From Alphaproteobacteria bacterium (GTDB lineage: Bacteria; Pseudomonadota; Alphaproteobacteria; Micavibrionales; SZUA-601), in assembly GCA_965216395.1 (NCBI GenBank), contig OZ244156.1, positions 328,765-392,764 on the forward strand: a stretch of 64,000 bases of DNA, in the 5' to 3' direction. The translations under genes and the position numbers were made by a program. Positions 48,880 to 57,952 of the stretch are shown here, piece by piece. The notes beneath the pieces are model-generated. The model did no database searches. It was not told where the DNA came from and worked only from the letters and a program-made list of their open reading frames with translations. Numbering within the stretch: position 1 is the stretch's first letter; each line of letters begins with the position of its first letter.

Positions 48880-50334
48880 ATGACACACTATATTCAAGGT
48901 GAAACAGGTCAATGGGAAATTGTCATTGGGTTAGAAGTACACGCCCAAGTGATTTCTAATTCAAAATTATTTTCTGGCTCATCAACAAAATTCGGTGCCG
49001 CGCCTAATAGTCATGTTTCATTGGTGGATGCGGCCATGCCCGGCATGTTGCCTGTGGTGAATGATTATTGCATAGAACAAGCCGTGCGCACGGGTCTCGG
49101 CTTAAATGCGGCGATTAACAGTTATTCTGTTTTTGAACGTAAAAACTATTTTTATCCCGATTTACCCCAAGGATATCAGATTTCCCAATTTCAACATCCC
49201 ATTGTGGGTGAGGGAGAGATTGAAATTGATTTAGATGATGGGACAACGAAGACGATCCGTATTGAACGTCTTCATCTTGAACAAGATGCGGGTAAATCGC
49301 TTCATGATCAACATCCCAAAAAAACCTATGTTGATCTTAATCGTTCAGGCGTGTGTTTAATGGAAATTGTTTCACGTCCTGATATGAATTCAGCCGAAGA
49401 AGCCGGCGCCTATGTTAAAAAACTCCGCTCTATTTTGCGTTACCTTGAAACCTGTGATGGAAACATGGAAAAGGGAAATATGCGCGCGGATGTCAATTTA
49501 TCGGTTCGTCGTCCCGGTGAAGAATTAGGTACGCGTACAGAAACAAAAAATGTGAATTCAATCCGCAACATTATGGCCGCAATTGATTATGAAACCGATC
49601 GTCAAATTGAAATACTTGAATCCGGTGGCACTATTGTCCAAGAAACCAGACTTTGGGATCCTGATAAAGGGGAGACACGCTCCATGCGCTCTAAAGAAGA
49701 AGCCCATGATTATCGCTATTTTCCATGTCCTGACCTTTTACCCATCGAATTGGAAGAAGGCTATGTTGAACGCATTCAAAAAACACTCCCCGAGCTCCCT
49801 GGGCCGAAGAAAAAGCGTTTTCAAGAGAATTATGGTTTAAGCGCTTATGACGCCAGTGTTTTGATCTCTGATAAATCCTTGGCAGATTACTATGAAGTGG
49901 TTGTTGACGGGAAACGCGATGCGAAGAAGGCGGCCAATTGGGTGATTAATGAATTGTTGGGTGGTTTGAATAAGGAAGGAAAATCTATTGAGGATAGTCC
50001 CGTTAAGGCGGAACAGCTTGGGCAACTTCTTGATCTGATGGCTGATGGTGTTATTTCTGGAAAAATCGCTAAGGATGTTTTTGTTGATATGGTTGAAACC
50101 GGCCAAGACCCAGCAGAGATTGTTGACAAAAAAGGTTTGAAACAGGTTACAGACACCGGTGCGATTGAAACCGTAATTGACGAAGTTTTAAGCAGTAATC
50201 CAAACCAAGTGGAACAATATAAAGCGGGTAAAGAGCAATTGCTTGGATTCTTTGTTGGTCAAGTGATGAAGGCAACACAAGGGAAAGCCAATCCGGGCAT
50301 GGTCAATAAAATTTTGAAAGAAAAATTGAATTAA
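48880..50334 (+). CDS. gatB: Asp/Glu-tRNA(Asn/Gln) amidotransferase subunit B
   Basis: [13 protein letters not shown]...[27 protein letters not shown] and a C-terminal YqeY-like tail. Confidence 0.95.
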   Translation: MTHYIQGETGQWEIVIGLEVHAQVISNSKLFSGSSTKFGAAPNSHVSLVDAAMPGMLPVVNDYCIEQAVRTGLGLNAAINSYSVFERKNYFYPDLPQGYQISQFQHPIVGEGEIEIDLDDGTTKTIRIERLHLEQDAGKSLHDQHPKKTYVDLNRSGVCLMEIVSRPDMNSAEEAGAYVKKLRSILRYLETCDGNMEKGNMRADVNLSVRRPGEELGTRTETKNVNSIRNIMAAIDYETDRQIEILESGGTIVQETRLWDPDKGETRSMRSKEEAHDYRYFPCPDLLPIELEEGYVERIQKTLPELPGPKKKRFQENYGLSAYDASVLISDKSLADYYEVVVDGKRDAKKAANWVINELLGGLNKEGKSIEDSPVKAEQLGQLLDLMADGVISGKIAKDVFVDMVETGQDPAEIVDKKGLKQVTDTGAIETVIDEVLSSNPNQVEQYKAGKEQLLGFFVGQVMKATQGKANPGMVNKILKEKLN

Positions 50335-50355
50335 TTTTTAATCCGTTGATTAAAG

Positions 50356-51267
50356 CTATATCTTTAGTGTCGTATTCTTTTTTGCTGAAGAATAAGAGTT
50401 TTCTTTATGATCATCTATCTTCCAATAGGTTGGGTCGTTTTTACGAAAAAGAACTTTTCTTCTGGCTAAACGGAGTTTTCTATCCTTCATTTCTTGATTC
50501 TGTTTTTTGCGATATTCATTTGCACCATAGGTAAACCCTAAACCGCCCGTAATTTCGCAGATACCCGTTACGACTTTTCCTTGAACGATATTGATCACGC
50601 CTGAACCTATTTGAAATAGCGCACGACCAATGATCGTATATCCAGTCCCTTGTTTGATACGATAAAGGAGATTAATTTCTTCCTCCTTTTGAGCAGTAAT
50701 ATCTGAAACGACGTTGATATAGCCTTCTTTTTGTTTAATTTGATCTGTTATTTGTGGATTTTTCTGATTATCGTTTGAGACTTGTTCTTGCAAAGACACC
50801 AGATCAACTTGTGCATCATATATTTTCTTGCTCAACGGCACTGTGATTTGCTTTTTGTTATCCATCAAAAGAGACGTGATCCCCAGCCCAAGATAGGTTA
50901 AAAACGCCAAACCTCCCGCGATTTGTCCCCATTTTGTTGTCGCATCAAACATTTGAAAAGCATTTGTGCCTGCACCCATAAACATAAATCCGGCACGAAA
51001 ACCATTCGCCTGGGCTGTATTAACCGGTTTTTTCTTTTTCTCACGTTTTTTTATATATTCTTCACCGCCAATATAAATAACTGATCGACCAATATTGAGC
51101 AGAGATGTTTTGGTTTGTTCAAATTCACCAATCAGTGCTGACCCTATGCCGACCACAGCATTGGCACCAATATTCCACAGAAATAACTTACCCACCGATT
51201 TTGCATCGGGGGTCAGCTTATACCACTGGTTTACAGAGCTGTTTTTATCATCATAATTGGTTTGCAT
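50356..51267 (-). CDS. Hypothetical membrane protein
   Basis: 303 aa with Gly-rich hydrophobic segments and no recognisable domain. Confidence 0.4.
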   Translation of the reverse strand: MQTNYDDKNSSVNQWYKLTPDAKSVGKLFLWNIGANAVVGIGSALIGEFEQTKTSLLNIGRSVIYIGGEEYIKKREKKKKPVNTAQANGFRAGFMFMGAGTNAFQMFDATTKWGQIAGGLAFLTYLGLGITSLLMDNKKQITVPLSKKIYDAQVDLVSLQEQVSNDNQKNPQITDQIKQKEGYINVVSDITAQKEEEINLLYRIKQGTGYTIIGRALFQIGSGVINIVQGKVVTGICEITGGLGFTYGANEYRKKQNQEMKDRKLRLARRKVLFRKNDPTYWKIDDHKENSYSSAKKNTTLKI

Positions 51268-51394
51268 GAAGACCTCATAAAGTCACAGATTAAATTTAAC
51301 ATAATTTAATTTTTTGAGAAAGTAATTTTTGTGTTTTCTTCTTATTGCGCTCAACACAATGTCATGCTAAAACATGTCACAGTCTTTGTAAGAC

Positions 51395-51486
51395 GGAGAG
51401 GTGGCCGAGTGGCTTAAGGCGACGGTTTGCTAAATCGTTGTACGTGGAAACGCGTACCGTGGGTTCGAATCCCATCCTCTCCTCCA
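51395..51486 (+). tRNA. tRNA-Ser (anticodon GCU), long variable arm, CCA encoded
   Basis: Acceptor GGAGAGG/CCTCTCC, anticodon loop TTGCTAA, long extra arm (GTACGTGGAAACGCGTAC), T-loop TTCGAAT. Confidence 0.9.
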
Positions 51487-51607
51487 GTTTTGCACAATTT
51501 CTTGTGCGTAAACCATTGAAAAGATTTCATTTATAATTCATTTGATTTCATCCTATTGCATGTTGCGCTGCAATGTGTACCACAATGAGAACCATGAGGT
51601 GAACCAA

Positions 51608-52915
51608 ATGAAATATTTAACACTACGAAACGGATGGTATATTTATAATCGTCGTGTCCCAAATTGTTATAAAGAATTTGACACACGACAACGAATTAGA
51701 ATTGCGCTGAATACCAAATGTGAAAAAGTTGCCATGAAACAACTTCTCATCGTTAATGATGAAGTTGAAAATTATTGGAAACTGCTTGTTAAAGAACAAG
51801 AGACGCATTCTATTGATAAATATAAAAGATTGGTCACAACTGCCAAACAATTGGGCTTTACTTATGTCCCATCAAGTAAATTAACTGAAATCCCTTGGGA
51901 AGATTTCTTATCACGCTTTTTATCTCTTAAAAATCATATTCATCAAAAGGAATTGGTTGAAGTTGTTGCAGGAACAGACGACCAAAGGCAATTGCCGTTG
52001 TCCGAAGCTTTAGAGCGTTTTTGGCAATATTCCAAACCATTATTAATTACTAAAACACCCAATCAACAGCGAATTTGGAAAAATCCACGTAAAAAAGCAG
52101 TTCATAACTTTATCAAGCAAGTTGGTGACAAAAATATCTTTGAGATTACCAATCTTGATATGATTGCTTTGCGTGATTGGTGGCTAGAGCGTGTACAGAG
52201 TGACAATATTAAAGCTGATACGGTCAATAAAGACTTTACGCATTTAAAGGGCATTCTTGAAACGGTGAATACTCATGAACAGCTTAATATGGATATTGAT
52301 GTGATTTTCAAAAATATCTATCTCAAAGAAGATAGCACATCAACACGATTGCCATTTGAAACTGATTTTATCATCAATGAACTTTTAAACGATGATAATC
52401 TTACAGGAATTGAAGATGAAGCAAAATATATTCTTTATGCAATGGCTGAAACTGGCGCAAGACCGATTGAATTGCTCAATCTCAATGGCGAAGATATCTT
52501 TTTAAATGAAGATATTCCCCATATTTATATTCGTCCAAGAAAAGGATATTCTCTCAAAACTAAGGATAGTCAACGTAAAATTCCGCTTATTGGCTATGCT
52601 TTGAAAGCATTCAGAAAATATCCCAATGGGTTTTCAAGATATAGAGATAAATCAAGTCAGTTTTCACATTATATCAATGCGTTCTTGCGTGAAAAGAAAT
52701 TAAGACCCACCTTAGATCATACGCTTTACTCACTACGCCATAGTTTTCAAGATAGGCTTACAGAACATGAAATTCCCGATCGTATTCAGTGTCAATTGAT
52801 GGGGCATTCATTCAAAGCGAAAGGGCGTGTCACTTATGGTAAGGGTGCTAGTTTAAAGCATTTGAATGAAGTTATGAAGCGGATTAGTTTGTATGATAAA
52901 ATATTTTCACATTAA
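51608..52915 (+). CDS. Tyrosine-type site-specific integrase
   Basis: N-terminus MKYLTLRNGWYIYNRRVP... (an arm-type N-domain common in alphaproteobacterial island integrases). The catalytic region has ETGARPIEL, LYSLRHSF, LMGHS and ...TYG. The start is at internal Met 51608; the track ORF starts at 51542. Confidence 0.85.
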   Translation: MKYLTLRNGWYIYNRRVPNCYKEFDTRQRIRIALNTKCEKVAMKQLLIVNDEVENYWKLLVKEQETHSIDKYKRLVTTAKQLGFTYVPSSKLTEIPWEDFLSRFLSLKNHIHQKELVEVVAGTDDQRQLPLSEALERFWQYSKPLLITKTPNQQRIWKNPRKKAVHNFIKQVGDKNIFEITNLDMIALRDWWLERVQSDNIKADTVNKDFTHLKGILETVNTHEQLNMDIDVIFKNIYLKEDSTSTRLPFETDFIINELLNDDNLTGIEDEAKYILYAMAETGARPIELLNLNGEDIFLNEDIPHIYIRPRKGYSLKTKDSQRKIPLIGYALKAFRKYPNGFSRYRDKSSQFSHYINAFLREKKLRPTLDHTLYSLRHSFQDRLTEHEIPDRIQCQLMGHSFKAKGRVTYGKGASLKHLNEVMKRISLYDKIFSH

Positions 52916-52918
52916 AAT

Positions 52919-53821
52919 TTATCTCAAATGATTATCAAACATAAAGAAATACCATTTATTTTCTAATATTCTAACACACCCGTACTTTGAATTATTAGAA
53001 AGAAATTCAGCAAAGTAGTCTTCCAAACTAATTTGTTTATTTTTAAGATTGATTTCGATATCTTCATCTAACACAAACCACTTTTTTTCTTTTAAATAAT
53101 TAATCATCAAACTCCTATCTTCTCTCATTTCATCGAATTCTTTTGAAAAGTATTCCAATTCATTTGCTAATACTAATCTAACTTTTTTTAATTCATTTAG
53201 ATAATTTGAATGTGGATAAATACTATGAGCTATGAATAAATTTAAGAGATGTTTCTTACTAACTTTATAGTTATTAATAGGGTCTTTTATTAAAACTTTT
53301 TCATCTGTAACCTTATAAATTTTTTGAGAATATTTTGACTTACTGGTTAACTCCTTTTTTAAATAGCCAAAAAATTGATTTTCGTCAGGATAAATATCAA
53401 TTAGCCTATCTATACGCTCAACTGCGGAAAAGTACTCCGCGCTTTTTAAGTCTTTAGATATTTTAGAATATATATGCTTTTTGTGAGCATCTTCAATGTG
53501 AGTATAATGAAAATATCTAGCTCTTAAAATATTCCTGAAATTATTATAATTGACTAAAGTAAATATTAAAACCAAGATTAATAAAATTCGTTTGTATTTG
53601 TAATTAGTTAACTTTTGTTTTAGAACATCTAACTTATAAAATATTAACCCTAACACAAATAGTAAGATCAATTCAGGAATTGCATTTTTTAATACTGTAA
53701 TTATAAAATCATAATTGTTACTCTTAATAGCATCTGGGGCTAAAGCTTGAATTACTAATAATAAACCAGAAATAAATGAGAATAAAATACCTGCACGCTT
53801 AATTACAATATCAAAATTCAT
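52919..53821 (-). CDS. Hypothetical protein, 3 N-terminal TM segments plus a soluble domain of about 200 aa (island cargo)
   Basis: 300 aa. TM candidates are GILFSFISGLLLVIQALA, IPELILLFVLGLIFY and ILLILVLIFTLV. The rest is Y/K/N/F-rich with no motif I recognise. The DNA is very AT-rich. Confidence 0.5.
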   Translation of the reverse strand: MNFDIVIKRAGILFSFISGLLLVIQALAPDAIKSNNYDFIITVLKNAIPELILLFVLGLIFYKLDVLKQKLTNYKYKRILLILVLIFTLVNYNNFRNILRARYFHYTHIEDAHKKHIYSKISKDLKSAEYFSAVERIDRLIDIYPDENQFFGYLKKELTSKSKYSQKIYKVTDEKVLIKDPINNYKVSKKHLLNLFIAHSIYPHSNYLNELKKVRLVLANELEYFSKEFDEMREDRSLMINYLKEKKWFVLDEDIEINLKNKQISLEDYFAEFLSNNSKYGCVRILENKWYFFMFDNHLR

Positions 53822-53825
53822 AATT

Positions 53826-54941
53826 TCAAAATTTTATTTTATCTATTGTTTTTGTAATATCTCTGCTATTATCTTTTATCGAATTGTCTGTATCATTAAA
53901 ATAAGCTTTAGGCGGATTTTTCAAAAAATCAATATAATGTTTGATATCTGTTGATAAATTAGAATTTTTTGTTTTGTTTAAAATCAATGTAAGTTGTTTA
54001 ATCCTAATATTTTTATTCTTTAACTTTCCATTGTGACAGTCCCAAAATAGGCATCTAGCTAGCAAATGCATATTTAACTGTTTAAGAAATTTATTATTTT
54101 TGTTAACGCTATTTACTTTTTTAAATACAGTGAAAGCATCTTCTATTTTATTTTCTTTTAGCAAAGAAACTCCTTTTAAATACAAGGAGATTGGATAAAA
54201 TTTAGATTTTTCTGTTATTTCTATTTTATCAATATTCCTTTTAGATATTATTTTATAACCGTTATTATATTCAAAAATATCTAGTATTTGTTCTCCATCT
54301 TTAAAATGGGTATCAAAATATTCTTGATTTTCTAGAATACATTTTAAAATCATACATTCATCAACAGTGTGTAATCTTCTTAAGGGATCAGTATCATCGA
54401 GTAAAATCCTATCAAAAGCTTTATTAATAAACCATTTTGCTCTTGAAAATTGATGTACTCTTATCAAATTCCAAGCTGGTCTTAAATAAAAATTTCTTAT
54501 ATATCTCTCAAAATCTATGAAATTAGATGTAAATAATTCATAATCAGAAACTATATAATTAAGGATTTTTTCTTCGGCATCATACTCAGCCTTTGACAAT
54601 AAAAAAGACGTCATTTCAAAAATATCACTGAATTTATTCTTTTCATAAAACCTCTCAAGCTCTGGAAACTTTTTTCTAATCTTTAAAACCTCATCGGGTT
54701 CAATAAAATTCTGCTCATATAAGTAGTAATCATTCTCCTCTAAATAGTATGCTATCGAGCTAAAACCTAAATCATTTCTGAAGTATTTTGGTCTTTGTAT
54801 TGAGTAGCTTAAATTTTCAAGGTTTTCACTTCGTAAATAATCTATAAGCTTTTTCAAGACATTATCTGAAATATAGAATACACCATAAAGTGCAATGAAA
54901 ATGGGAATTACTTTTTTAAGTAATAAATTAGAATATTTCAT
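53826..54941 (-). CDS. Hypothetical protein, N-terminal membrane anchor plus a soluble, partly TPR-like domain (island cargo)
   Basis: 371 aa with anchor VIPIFIALYGVFYI. The C-terminal third is helical-repeat-like (ISLYLKGVSLLKENKIEDAFTVFKKV). A 4-nt gap separates it from the downstream gene. Confidence 0.5.
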   Translation of the reverse strand: MKYSNLLLKKVIPIFIALYGVFYISDNVLKKLIDYLRSENLENLSYSIQRPKYFRNDLGFSSIAYYLEENDYYLYEQNFIEPDEVLKIRKKFPELERFYEKNKFSDIFEMTSFLLSKAEYDAEEKILNYIVSDYELFTSNFIDFERYIRNFYLRPAWNLIRVHQFSRAKWFINKAFDRILLDDTDPLRRLHTVDECMILKCILENQEYFDTHFKDGEQILDIFEYNNGYKIISKRNIDKIEITEKSKFYPISLYLKGVSLLKENKIEDAFTVFKKVNSVNKNNKFLKQLNMHLLARCLFWDCHNGKLKNKNIRIKQLTLILNKTKNSNLSTDIKHYIDFLKNPPKAYFNDTDNSIKDNSRDITKTIDKIKF

Positions 54942-54990
54942 TCATTATAAATTTTACTTTTTTTGATTTAAATAGAAACTAAATTATTAA

Positions 54991-55024
54991 TTAAAACAAA
55001 ACAAGCATTACGGTTTACCGTAAT
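54991..55024 (-). terminator. Rho-independent terminator after the TrwC-type relaxase gene
   Basis: Hairpin ATTACGG-TTTA-CCGTAAT (55007-55024). On the minus strand GCTTGTTTTGTTTT follows it. Confidence 0.55.
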
Positions 55025-55058
55025 AAATAAATGTTTTCTATTAAAGTTAAAAAATATA

Positions 55059-57668
55059 TCATCTCCTCATCAACTCCAAAGCACCTATTCTGTCACCTGA
55101 TTGTTTGGTGGCATTGAGGAGTTCTTGCTTATCGTCGGTATAGATTGTCACGGCTTCACGTCCTCGTGAAACACTGACGTAAAATTGTTTTTGGTTTGAA
55201 GCGTTGAATGTTACGGTAGGTTGATTAATGAGAACATGGTCAACGGTTTTACCCTGTGCGCTGTAAGATGTATTAGCATAAGCATAGTCAAAATTCCCAT
55301 GTCTTTTATTTAAGATTATTGGACTGGTTTTATGGCTTGTTTCTTTAGTAGTTTTAATATTTCCATCTTTGGTAAAGCCAACCACTTTAAGAACTGTACC
55401 ATTATCAAGACGCTTGCCTTTCATATCATAACTGTTTTTGGTTATTCTGATTTCATCACCACGACTTAAATCAATTGGGCATGGTCGATACAAATCAAAA
55501 TAACGTGTCTTATTAAGTGGTAATTCGTGATTATTTCCTTGAATATCTGTGACAATTACACGTCCTTGATGATTATCCACAATTTGTAAAACACTGCCTC
55601 TTTTGATATTTTTTAGGTTTTGATGTGCTTGAATAATCAACCCCTTTTGATAATGACGCACATCTTGCTTATCCCCATCTGTTAAATACAGGCTTTGATA
55701 AGTAGTAAAATTCTTTTGCCTTTTACCGATGTAGTTCAGAGTTTTAAGCTTTTCACGAATACCTAAATTAAGTTCTCTGACATGATTGCGTGTTGGCGAT
55801 ATCACGAGAACAGATTTTTTCTGACCTTTCAGATCAATATAATCACTTATCAAGCTTTCAGATATTTTATCAATAGGAAGCTCAATGATTGAATTGTTTT
55901 CATCCAGTTGCGTAAAACCTTGCTCAATATTGCCCTGACTAATGGCATAAACTGCTTGTTTATAGCTTTCTTGTTTCTGTCTGAATATTTCATTGAGTGA
56001 AACATATGGAATTTGTCCAATCGTTTGTAAAATCCGCATAGCATCGCCTCTTTGTACGGCGCTATGTTGTCTTGGATCACCAACAAAAATAACACGCGCT
56101 TGTTTTTCTTCCGCCAGTTCCAAAATCAGATTTGCATCTTGCGCGCCAAGCATACCCGCCTCATCAATCAAAATAACTTGTCCTTGGATGTCGTGTTGGA
56201 TTGTCTCATTATTAAGCAGTTGAAACACCGTATCAGCATGTTCAAATCCCTCATGGCGTAAAACATCACGTGACGCTGTCGCAGTCGGCGCAAAAATGGA
56301 AACTTTAAAACCTTGATATTCAATAAAAGGGATGAGGGTTTTAAACAGCGTGGTTTTACCTGTTCCTGCGCCACCGCGCACCATTGTCAGAAAATCTTTT
56401 GAACGCATGATATGTTTAAGAGCTTTTTGTTGTTCATTTCCAAGATGTAATTCTAGGGTTTCATCAAAACGCTCATCAAAGGCAGGGTATTTACCAATCC
56501 CGCGACGGGCAATATCAATCATCTGTTTTTCTTCATCATGGACTTTATGGCTTGTGTAGAGATATTGTGTCCCAGATTTAACCTTAAAGAGTTTAGTATT
56601 ATTGGCAAACTTTTCGTCAATTGCCGCTAATGTGACATCCTTATTATCTATCGCATAATAATAGGCATGGGTTAAAATCTGTGTTTTACGCCTTACAGAA
56701 TTACGGGTAAAAGATTTTTCAATAGCAAAATTAACCGTTTTATGTGCGTTCAAATCAAGATTTTGTGTGGGTTGTTCTTCGGGTTCATCATCAATGCCAT
56801 ATTCGGTTAGTTGGTCTTGCCATTGTTCTTTTAATTGTGGAAGCGTTAGCGTATTATTCTTGCGCTGTCTAGTTTGTGCGCCAAGTTGGTCTAGAGCTTT
56901 AGCATTGGTAATATTCTTAGACTTGGCGACTTCGCCAATCAAATTGGTGCGTTTTGAAAAAAGCGCGATGGCATTTTTGGGAACAACCGATAGTTCAAAA
57001 CCATTACTGGTTTTTCGAATACCATAGCCCAATTCACTGTAACGGTCGGCTAAACGCTTTAAAAATCGAGCTTGGTAATAAGGCATATCTTTTTTAATCT
57101 GATAAAATTGTCCTGCTTTAAAGCGTTGTTCAACCTCATCATAGGTAGTATTAAAGACAAAAATATGCTGATGAACGTGGCAATCGGGCGCAAAATTTTC
57201 AACAGGGCGGGCGGTCAAATGAGTAAAGTCACACCAAATCATTTCGCCTGTGACACGATCATCATTTTTACCATGTTTGCGGATGCGTGTTTGGGTTGCA
57301 GTTTCGATTTCCAACATGGTTTCATAAACACAAGTTTGAAAGGCTTGTAAGATAGTTTTATCAAGTGTTATCCCATAAAGAATAGACACAGATTTAGGAC
57401 AATGGAAACTTATATCATAACCAACGCGTCGATAATCAAATGTTCTTGGTGTTAAGGCTTGTCCAGTTTGGGGATTGATATTATCGCACAATAAATCAAA
57501 AGTTGATTTTATGATGGGCTTATCCTTTAAATCAAGTCGTTCGGCAATTTTACCGTAAAAATGACCGCTTGATTCTTGCCCCTCAATATAATAATCCGCC
57601 TTTGATAAAGAGGAAGCAAAATAAGTTTTTGTTTGGACAATATTACTTGATTGGTGCATACGTATCAT
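55059..57668 (-). CDS. TrwC/TraA-type (MOBF-like) conjugative relaxase fused to a RecD-like helicase
   Basis: N-terminal TrwC relaxase pattern (...ADYYIEGQESSGHFYGK...; THLTARPVENFAPDCHVHQHIFVFN histidine triad). Helicase Walker A GGAGTGKTT and Walker B ILIDEAGML. ATG 57668 is preceded by AAGGAG with an 8-nt spacer. The track's GTG at 57677 overlaps that SD. Confidence 0.85.
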   Translation of the reverse strand: MIRMHQSSNIVQTKTYFASSLSKADYYIEGQESSGHFYGKIAERLDLKDKPIIKSTFDLLCDNINPQTGQALTPRTFDYRRVGYDISFHCPKSVSILYGITLDKTILQAFQTCVYETMLEIETATQTRIRKHGKNDDRVTGEMIWCDFTHLTARPVENFAPDCHVHQHIFVFNTTYDEVEQRFKAGQFYQIKKDMPYYQARFLKRLADRYSELGYGIRKTSNGFELSVVPKNAIALFSKRTNLIGEVAKSKNITNAKALDQLGAQTRQRKNNTLTLPQLKEQWQDQLTEYGIDDEPEEQPTQNLDLNAHKTVNFAIEKSFTRNSVRRKTQILTHAYYYAIDNKDVTLAAIDEKFANNTKLFKVKSGTQYLYTSHKVHDEEKQMIDIARRGIGKYPAFDERFDETLELHLGNEQQKALKHIMRSKDFLTMVRGGAGTGKTTLFKTLIPFIEYQGFKVSIFAPTATASRDVLRHEGFEHADTVFQLLNNETIQHDIQGQVILIDEAGMLGAQDANLILELAEEKQARVIFVGDPRQHSAVQRGDAMRILQTIGQIPYVSLNEIFRQKQESYKQAVYAISQGNIEQGFTQLDENNSIIELPIDKISESLISDYIDLKGQKKSVLVISPTRNHVRELNLGIREKLKTLNYIGKRQKNFTTYQSLYLTDGDKQDVRHYQKGLIIQAHQNLKNIKRGSVLQIVDNHQGRVIVTDIQGNNHELPLNKTRYFDLYRPCPIDLSRGDEIRITKNSYDMKGKRLDNGTVLKVVGFTKDGNIKTTKETSHKTSPIILNKRHGNFDYAYANTSYSAQGKTVDHVLINQPTVTFNASNQKQFYVSVSRGREAVTIYTDDKQELLNATKQSGDRIGALELMRR

Positions 57669-57839
57669 AGAAATCACTCCTTAAATTAATCATGAAGTGA
57701 TTATTTACCCTATCTATAATGAGGGTGGTACGCACAGTCTGTACTCATAAATAAGGTTAATGTAATTTTTAACGCAGTGCTTTTATTTCTTTATGAATGA
57801 GTATGCAAAGTAAAATTTTAGGGGGATTTAAATTTCTTG

Positions 57840-57868
57840 CACTGCAAAATTTAAGAATTTTTGCAGTG
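57840..57868. repeat. Perfect 10-bp inverted repeat upstream of the TrwC-type relaxase gene (candidate oriT/operator element)
   Basis: CACTGCAAAA (57840-57849), a 9-nt spacer, then TTTTGCAGTG (57859-57868). It lies in the 284-bp non-coding gap 57669-57952. Confidence 0.6.
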
Positions 57869-57952
57869 TTATGATATGTCAGACATCTCCCCGCGTTTTT
57901 TAGCGGGCGTGATTTTCAAAATAAACCTAACGTTTTTTCGAATAAAGAAACT

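Noticed and set aside
51542-51607. 22-codon N-terminal extension of the integrase ORF
   Set aside because: Integrases of this type begin at the MKYLTLRNGWY-like motif. The extension is Cys/His/Asn-rich with a non-ATG (TTG) start and lies in the likely att/promoter region.
57890-57907. CCCGC-N8-GCGGG hairpin as terminator of the 566-aa gene
   Set aside because: On the minus strand (the gene's strand) no T tract follows it. It is kept only as a possible protein-binding or oriT element.
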